Source: Vitrella brassicaformis CCMP3155 (lineage: Eukaryota > Protista > Chromerida). Taken from it: a DNA stretch of 64,000 bases. Of the stretch, positions 57,388 through 64,000 are shown in pieces; the stretch's first letter is position 1, and every line of letters begins with the position of its first letter. Made by a program: the position numbers and the translations under genes. Under the pieces are notes generated by a model. It searched no databases. It had not been told where the DNA came from and saw only the letters and a program-made list of their open reading frames with translations. The stretch is from the NCBI GenBank assembly GCA_001179505.1, contig CDMY01000708.1, forward strand, positions 186,001-250,000, in the 5' to 3' direction.

Positions 57388-60300
57388 ATGCGAGCTTTTA
57401 GAAGAGTCTTCGGTCTCCATCCCCGAGATCTCCGGTCAGGAATGGCTTTGGAGAGTGTGGAAGAGGTGTGTGTCGTGAGCGATGTCCTTCAAAAGCCACG
57501 ATATGTCCGCGTCAAGGTCCAGTCCTCCGGATCTCTTCACACACCTGATGGCGGGTGCCTGGCGCTACCCGAGTACCAACTCTACCGACTGCGGGATGCC
57601 CATGGGTAAGCAGGGCACACACTAAGCCCGCACCTGGTGTCACCTTCCGAGCGTCGGTTCGTTTCTCTGCTGTCAGGCTGCAAGCCCTGTGCCTCCAGCG
57701 GAGTCGTCACCTGCGCAAACACGTCGCGTCAGCCTCAACAACTGCTGACGTCCGTGTTGGCGGCGAGCAAGGTGCGCTCGACGATGACTGCGAGTTGCTG
57801 CTGCTGCTGTTCGGCCAGCAGATCTCACACTCACGCGACGACTTGAGGCTCGCTGCAGCCCTCATCGATGACATATCGGCCCTCTCGACCCCGTCTGTAG
57901 CGCCCAAGTGGCGGCTGCCTGAAAAGAGCTCATTTGCTTCATCTGGCGGCCTTGCGGCACCAGAAGGGGGAGTGGAGGATGCTCCGCAAGCCGAGATAGC
58001 GGAGAGCGACGGAATGCCAGGCAGATGGCTGTCCCGACAATCGACCGAGGCCACCATCAAGGACACCGTGCAGCGCGGCAGCCTGGATTGGGCTGGTCCG
58101 GACGACGAGGACCTGCAGCGGTGGGCGTCTATTCTCTTGCAGCACTGCATCCTGACAAGGCTCGATGGCGTCTATGCCGTCAAGAGGACGCTCAGGCAAG
58201 GCGACCTGTTCGACACGCTGTTGGTGGAGCACTCTGGGACAGGCAGGCTGTTCGGTGCCAAGAGATACCAGAAGGCTCTGCTCAAGGTGTGAATGAGACC
58301 TGGCAGGCGCGCAGGCAGCATGGTCCGTTGTGTGCGTTCGGTCTTTGTTTGCCTGCAGGAGTTTGATGCGGAGGAGTCTCCGCAGCGCATTGAGTGGCTG
58401 CCCTACGAGATAGCCACCTGGAGGGCGTTGCAGCATCCCCGCATACTGCGGCTCGTCGCTGTCTACGAGACGGCCGACCACATCACTGTGGTGAGAAGCA
58501 CACCACCATGTCACCCTGAATGTCCTCACAGTAGTCATGGGTTCCCTGCTTTCTGTCAGATTCACGAGCATGGTGCGTCGTCGGACGTGTTTCGGTACAT
58601 CGATCAGCTGCCGACCTACAGCGAGGCGGACTGCCGGCGTCTCGTCCGTGGGCTCATCGAGGCCATCGCCTTCCTCCATGAGAAGCGCATCGCCCACCGC
58701 AACATCAAACCCACCGCACTAACGCCATGCGGTCAGTCTGTCGGTCACACCACACCAGCACGCCCTGCCATATGTTTACTTTGTCGTATGTATGGGGCTG
58801 TGTGCAGAGAGCGGCGAGGGCGTGTGCCTAAAGCTGGGTCAGTTCGACGTGGCTGCGTGCCTGGATGAGTGCAGCTGGTACTCCCGGATGCAGTGCGGGA
58901 CGCCCGGCTACGTGGCGCCGGAGATGCTGCAGGGCAGACCATACGACGAGAAGGTCGACGTCTTCTCCGCAGGTGAGAGGGAGGAGAGGGAGGAGCACCA
59001 GGAATGAACAGCATAGCATGTGCATCACATCAATCAGCATCCACAGCACAGCACAGCCTCTTCTGCCCTTTCTCCCGGCAGGTGTGGTGCTGTATGCGCT
59101 GCTGGTGGGGTCGCTGCCCTTCAATGAGCACCCCACGCCACTCGGCCGCTCTGAAATCAGCAGGGCGCCGCGGGAGGACGTCCGGCAGGTGCTGCTCCGG
59201 AACCTCCGTTGCGAGTGGGACCTCCAGAGCGACGCTGCGTGGCAGCACGTGTCAGAGGAGGGGAAGGACCTCGTCACTCGGATGATGGCGGTGAGAGATA
59301 CCGATGCACACAACTGGACGGATAAGTGCTGGATGGCTTTCTGTCGTGTGTCTTGTCAGGAGTCTCCTGAGGATCGGCCGTTGGCTGCTGAGTGTCTGCA
59401 AGACCCATGGTTCACATCTGTGGATGGCGATCGGCTCCAGCGCGAGCGGGCGGGCCCTGTCCACTTGTGGAAGGTCAAGGAAGCCGCTGCTGCCGCCACA
59501 TCAGAGTCGTCAGCAAGCCCCCTGCCGACAGAGGACACTCACAAAGAGCCCCTACCCTCTGCTCTTTCTGCCAACTTGGACTCCATCGAGTGCATCAAAG
59601 TGCCCCGCATTCTCGTCAGCAAGGATCTGCCGGCGGCCATATCGTCACCCGCCACCCCCGCCCCGCCCCTCCTGTCCGTCCCCTACAGCACATCGTCACT
59701 CAGCTCAGGTCGCCCCTCCCCATCCGCCCCCGCCTCCACACACAGACACGGCTCACAGCGACGTCGGCCAAGGTTCGCCGCGACGCTGCATGTGCCTGAT
59801 CGTCGGCCGTCCTTCCGGTCGCCCCCCTCTGGCTCATCTGGGCGCAAGAGTGTCAGCTCTCGGCATGCGTCAGACTCAGAGAACGATACGGTGGCCTCGC
59901 GGCTGAGGCGATTCGTGGGCACCCCAAAGGGGCCCCGACGGGGGATGAGGAGGCTGCTGCAGTCCAGCGAGATCGGTTCTCCGGGATCGCCGAGGCGGTC
60001 GCCAAGTATCCCCTCTTCACTTCGCCGCCGTGTCCGGCCTGAGTTCTTCGTCAGCATGGCCAAGCACGTCACAAACCCAGACCATGGGCCGTCTACGACC
60101 GTCCCAGTCGCCCAACCAGCTGCAGAGCCTCAAATCGAGCTTGCCTCACAGCCACAGGCAGCGGACGGCGAGGTCGGGTCACAGCAACCAAGGTGCCCCA
60201 TGAGCCCCTGCATCTTGCCGCGGAGCCGTCATGTGCCGTGCGACCCCCAGATGCGCCGCAGCTACTCAGCTGACGACGTCGCGACCATGGCACGAAGCCG

Positions 60301-60799
60301 CTCATCGAGCAGCGACTCCATCGTTGAGCGGGAGCCATCATCGGAGCGATTCCTCCAGTGGATCGAAGGCAGAGGCAGCGCGCCCACAGAGCCGGCCGCC
60401 CCGTCCAAGAGTGAGCCACATATCTGTCAGCGGCCCCAGGACGCCGCGACCCGGCAGCAGCAGGTCGGCGTGCGGCACAACAGGAAACGTTTGAGCGCCG
60501 CGAGCCAGCGTGAGCTGAGCAAGACGGTGGCGCGCCTCCGCTCTAAGATGCAGCTCGAGTATGGGGAAGACTGGTGGGCAGGGGGGCAGATGCCAACACC
60601 TGACGCAGCGGACGAGAAGGCCAATGATGGGAGAGGGGCCAGCGGCGAGGGGCTGGCCACTAAGGCCGTCGAGAGTGGGAAAGCGGCCGCCAGGTCCGGT
60701 GGCCTGGAGGTCAGTTACTGGTTTTTATGTCTGGCGGTGGTTGTTCTGGCGGCGCTGTTGGTCTGGTGGATGGGGACGGCGCAGTCAGCTGCGGTCTAA
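57388..60799 (+). CDS. CAMK-like pseudokinase with a long disordered tail and C-terminal membrane anchor
   Basis: FGAKRY, EIATWRALQHPRILRLVAVYET, EAIAFLHEKRIAHRNIKPTA, LKLGQFDVA, CGTPGYVAPEML..YDEKVDVFSAGVVLYALLVGSLPF..VSEEGKDLV..EDRPLAAECLQDPWF. Terminal hydrophobic segment YWFLCLAVVVLAALLVWWM. Confidence 0.85.
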
Positions 60800-60862
60800 C
60801 ACCTTTTTCTGTTGCGAGTACTGAGATTGTGGCAGATAGGTGCTGTGCTTGGCTGTGTTTTG

Positions 60863-61066
60863 TGCTGGTCGGTCATTCTCGGCTTCCGTGAGTGTGGATG
60901 GGTTGATCATAGGGCGATCGCGGCACATGCAGCCGAGGCCAACCGAACAGTGAGCGGTTGTCGATTGACAGACAGCCTACATGGATGCCCTGGAAGTGCA
61001 TGGTGGATGGATGGATGGATCAGTAAGTGGCTTGTTAGCGGCCAGCCAGAAAACGAAAAAATGCCA
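60863..61066 (-). repeat. Dispersed ~200-bp non-coding repeat, copy B (inverted relative to 47600-47809)
   Basis: See copy A. The shadow-ORF translations of the two copies share WSVILGFRECGWVD..AIAAHAAEANRTVSGCRLTD. Confidence 0.85.
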
Positions 61067-61533
61067 TAGCATGAATCGAATGATAGGCCGTCAGACAAAG
61101 TCGCCCTGCCAATGGCTGTCTGTCTCTCTGTGTTCACCATGGCCACACCGCACCACACATCGTGACACAAACCAACTGTGCCGCCCACCGCACACAGAAA
61201 GCTGCCCTCATGTGTATAATGCAATGTCTGTGATCGGCTTCTCAACAGACATACCACCTCGACGTCATATCTCTATAGCCTACTGACAAGGAGAGAGAGT
61301 GTCATAGGACGTATGAATGACTACGAAGGGAGCGCTCTGACGCGTGTGCAGAGCAGAGCAGACAGACATATGTAAAGTACGGACGTACGTACACACCTGC
61401 ACGGACCCTCCCACAGCCCCACAGCCCGCCCTGACTGCAAAAGACACACATGTGGGTCTCACTCACCACACAGACGCGCACACAATACAATGGTGCGTCG
61501 CTCTCTCCATCTTTTGCGCCACGTTCAGACGGG

Positions 61534-61567
<34 letters not shown>

Positions 61568-61689
61568 AGCAGTACGCATGCACGCCGCACAGATAGCAGA
61601 AAGGCACACCATGAACGTGTACGTACGCACGTATGTGATCATATTGGCACGCCACGCGCAGGTAGACAAGTACATGCTCACCACCACCA

Positions 61690-62520
61690 CTGCACAGCCG
61701 ACTGGAAGCCGAGCAGCATCAAAAAAGGGCTGCTCATGGTGGGTCCGTCTGTCAGAGGCACGTGCACAGGCGGCCAGCGTCACATGCATACAGATCGAAG
61801 GAAAAAACACAACACATCATGCTCCTCCCTCCCTCCCTGTTTGTATGTATGCTCAGCAATGAAACACGGTGATGTGGGGTGTGGGGTAAGGTGTGGTGAC
61901 TTGTGAAGGAAAGACAGTCAGCCGACAGACAAGTAGCCCACGAACAGCATACGCAATTCAGCACAAGACAGACACGAGTGAGTTGAAAGTTCGGCGCCAT
62001 GTGAGTCCCCCGTGATGTGTTTGTCTGTGCTGCAACAATAACGACATCCGCCTCTCTCTGTCTGTCCTCCCTCCTACACATAGACATCAGCCGCTTTATG
62101 GATACGCTCTCATCATGATCGATCACCACACACAGGAAGGGACACACACAGGTCACAGACAGACCGACCGACCGACAGACAGCGAGAGAGACGAAACCTA
62201 CACACATACGTATCTCTGTGTGTGGTGGTGCGCTCCCTCCGTTTCCATGTCAGCACCGCGGTACGTACACATCACACACGCAGCACTTGGCAATACAAAT
62301 CCACTGGCCCGAGTGACACACAAGCACTTGCCCCCCCACACAAACCGTGCGGCCATCTATCCATCAGCCGTTGAGTCAGGGAGAGTGAGTGGGCACTAAG
62401 ATGCCTTCTGGCCATTCCACCCTCCGCCGCACTCGGCGGCCGTCGAATGCATCCGAGCGCCGGAGCGCCGCTTGCGTGACATCTGCCTGTCTTGCTTCGC
62501 TCTCTCCCTCCTCTTCCCGC
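61690..62520 (-). pseudogene. Decayed duplicate of the 3' end and 3' flank of the AP2 gene
   Basis: Collinear shared blocks with 62881-63350: CTGCACAGCC.ACTGG (61690/62881), ACAGATCGAAGGA (61790/62978), ATACAAATCCACTGGCCC (62293/63093), CCGCTTGCGTGAC (62468/63303). Residual translation RERAKQDRQMSRKRRS versus TEREKQDRLVSSRKRPS. Confidence 0.65.
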
Positions 62521-63251
62521 CTGTGTGTGTGTGTGTGTGTGTAGGGATGGATGGATGGACGTCATCATTGCGGTATGCATACACACATCCACACATGCCG
62601 TGAGACGACACACAGTCAGTCAGAGAGACGAAACATAAGAGAGCAAGGCAGACACACCACAGACTACAAAAGATAGCAGTGAGGGCACACGACCGACCAG
62701 AGAAATGAGGGCCGCACCAACTCCATGGAGCCAAGCAGACAGACAGACAGACAGCCAAACAGACGATAGGCAGGCAGGCGTGTGCACATCCACACATCCA
62801 TCCATCCATCCATCGAATTGGCATACGACGGCCGGCACCTGACAATGCCCACCTGACCGGCCTGTCTCACTCCGCCAGCGCTGCACAGCCCACTGGGACA
62901 AAAACACCGGCTGGGCGGCCGGGCGAAAAAACACCGGCTGGACGGCTGGGCGGGGACACACCAGGCATGCGATGGACACAGATCGAAGGAAGAAATACAT
63001 CACAGCAAATCCTCCCTCCCTCCCTCCCTCCCTGTGTGTATGCTCAGCAATGCAGCACGGGGGACACCACACACGGCATCACATCACGATCGATACAAAT
63101 CCACTGGCCCCCGACCAATACACAAAAACTTGCCCCTCACACACACACACATGAACATCGTACCGCTATGAACCCACCGGCCGACCCCACCACCCCCCGA
63201 ATGCAGAGCGAGTGAGTGAGTGAGTGGGTGGGCAGCAAAAGGTCCCGACGG

Positions 63252-64000
63252 CTACTTGTTGGTCTTCCGTCGCACTCTGCGGCCCTCTGGCGCCTCTGAG
63301 GGCCGCTTGCGTGACGATACCAGCCTGTCTTGCTTCTCTCTCTCAGTCTGCGCCACCATCGTCTTCCGACAGTGAATCGCTTCTGCCTTGGCCTCACTGT
63401 CACCCCCATACTCAGACAGAGAGAAGTTGCGGCTCCGTCGCTTTCCAGACGCATCAACCCAGTTGGCCACCCATGCCTTGCTCTTCTTGCACCACCTCAC
63501 ACCCCTGTGGCCGCTCTGCTTCTCGACTGGCTGCCGGAGGCTCGCCGCACCGCTCGCTTCCGCCTCCTTGCGGCACGCGACGGCCTTGTCGTAGGCCTCC
63601 TCGATGTCGCCGTGTGTGCTGATGGTGAAGGTCTTCAAGTGCTTCCTGCCGCCCTGCTCCCAGTACGCCCCCCATGCCTTGTTGCCTTTGTCGAAGTAGA
63701 CGCCCTTGACATTCTTGGCGAGCAGCTGGTCGATGAGCTTCCAGCGACCGCGGCCGAGACTGGGGACACTCTGAGCAGAGAGGGAAGGGACACACAGAAA
63801 ACCATTATCGAAAAGGGCCACACATCGCATTTCGTGCACTCGCGTACCTTGCGCTGATCCGGCCAGATCTTCTCCATGTCCTTGCGCCGCTTGATGGCCG
63901 TCTCCTTGGCGCGCTTCTCGCCCATCTTGGCCACAGAGAAGTACTCCTGCTTCTGCTTGCCGTTCTCGTACCATGACGCGATCCAATAGCCGTTCTCGTC
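63252..64000 (-). CDS. ApiAP2-type protein with at least three tandem AP2 domains (5'-partial)
   Basis: YWIASWYENGKQKQEYFSVAKMGEKRAKETAIKRRK|(intron 63847-63771)..VKGVYFDKGNKAWGAYW..KTFTISTHG..AYDKAVACRK..SGHRGVRWCKKSKAWVANW..RNFSLSEYGG..AKAEAIHCRK; basic NLS-like tail. Confidence 0.9.
   Translation of the reverse strand, partial: RERLLDRVMVRERQAEAGVLLCGQDGREARQGDGHQAAQGHGEDLAGSAQGTRVHEMRCVALFDNGFLCVPSLSAQSVPSLGRGRWKLIDQLLAKNVKGVYFDKGNKAWGAYWEQGGRKHLKTFTISTHGDIEEAYDKAVACRKEAEASGAASLRQPVEKQSGHRGVRWCKKSKAWVANWVDASGKRRSRNFSLSEYGGDSEAKAEAIHCRKTMVAQTEREKQDRLVSSRKRPSEAPEGRRVRRKTNK

Noticed and set aside
1-64000. Hundreds of overlapping Cys/His/Thr-rich shadow ORFs on both strands
   Set aside because: Expected in GC-rich DNA with (TG)n introns. 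They are alternative frames or antisense of the real exons and do not indicate overlapping genes or an alternative genetic code; standard-code splicing explains the stops I checked.

Overview
Eukaryotic, GC-rich, intron-dense nuclear DNA. Introns are mostly 45-130 nt GT-AG and often carry (TG)n, (CTGT)n or (GATG)n tracts. Tandem AP2 domains, two nucleus-encoded proteins with signal peptide + Phe-initiated plastid transit peptide, and ciliary genes (RABL2, TPGS2) point to a flagellated, plastid-bearing relative of apicomplexans, most likely a chromerid such as Vitrella (inference, not verified by search). I spliced about 18 genes by hand: a partial degenerate kinase, TMEM222, RABL2, three hypothetical or small proteins, a ~26 kb gene for a giant single-pass cysteine-repeat receptor, plastid uL10, FEN1, RPA2, a lineage-specific hypothetical, a plastid GNAT plus a 5'-truncated duplicate, a multidomain clostripain (C11), a C45 Ntn-hydrolase, TPGS2, a tail-anchored pseudokinase and a partial multi-AP2 gene. 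There is a 300-N assembly gap. I saw no rRNA, tRNA, CRISPR array or recognisable transposase. The most unusual features are four: (1) the giant receptor, in which whole NHL and discoidin domains sit in the same loop of the GCC2/GCC3-type repeat, behind bacterial-adhesin-like N-terminal repeats; (2) RRRRLQ/RRLQD motifs shared by this receptor and the Arg-specific-family protease; (3) a GNAT duplicate whose introns are identical while its exons have diverged; (4) frequent head-to-head gene pairs. All gene models, exon boundaries and family assignments come from manual reading and motif recall, not from database searches.
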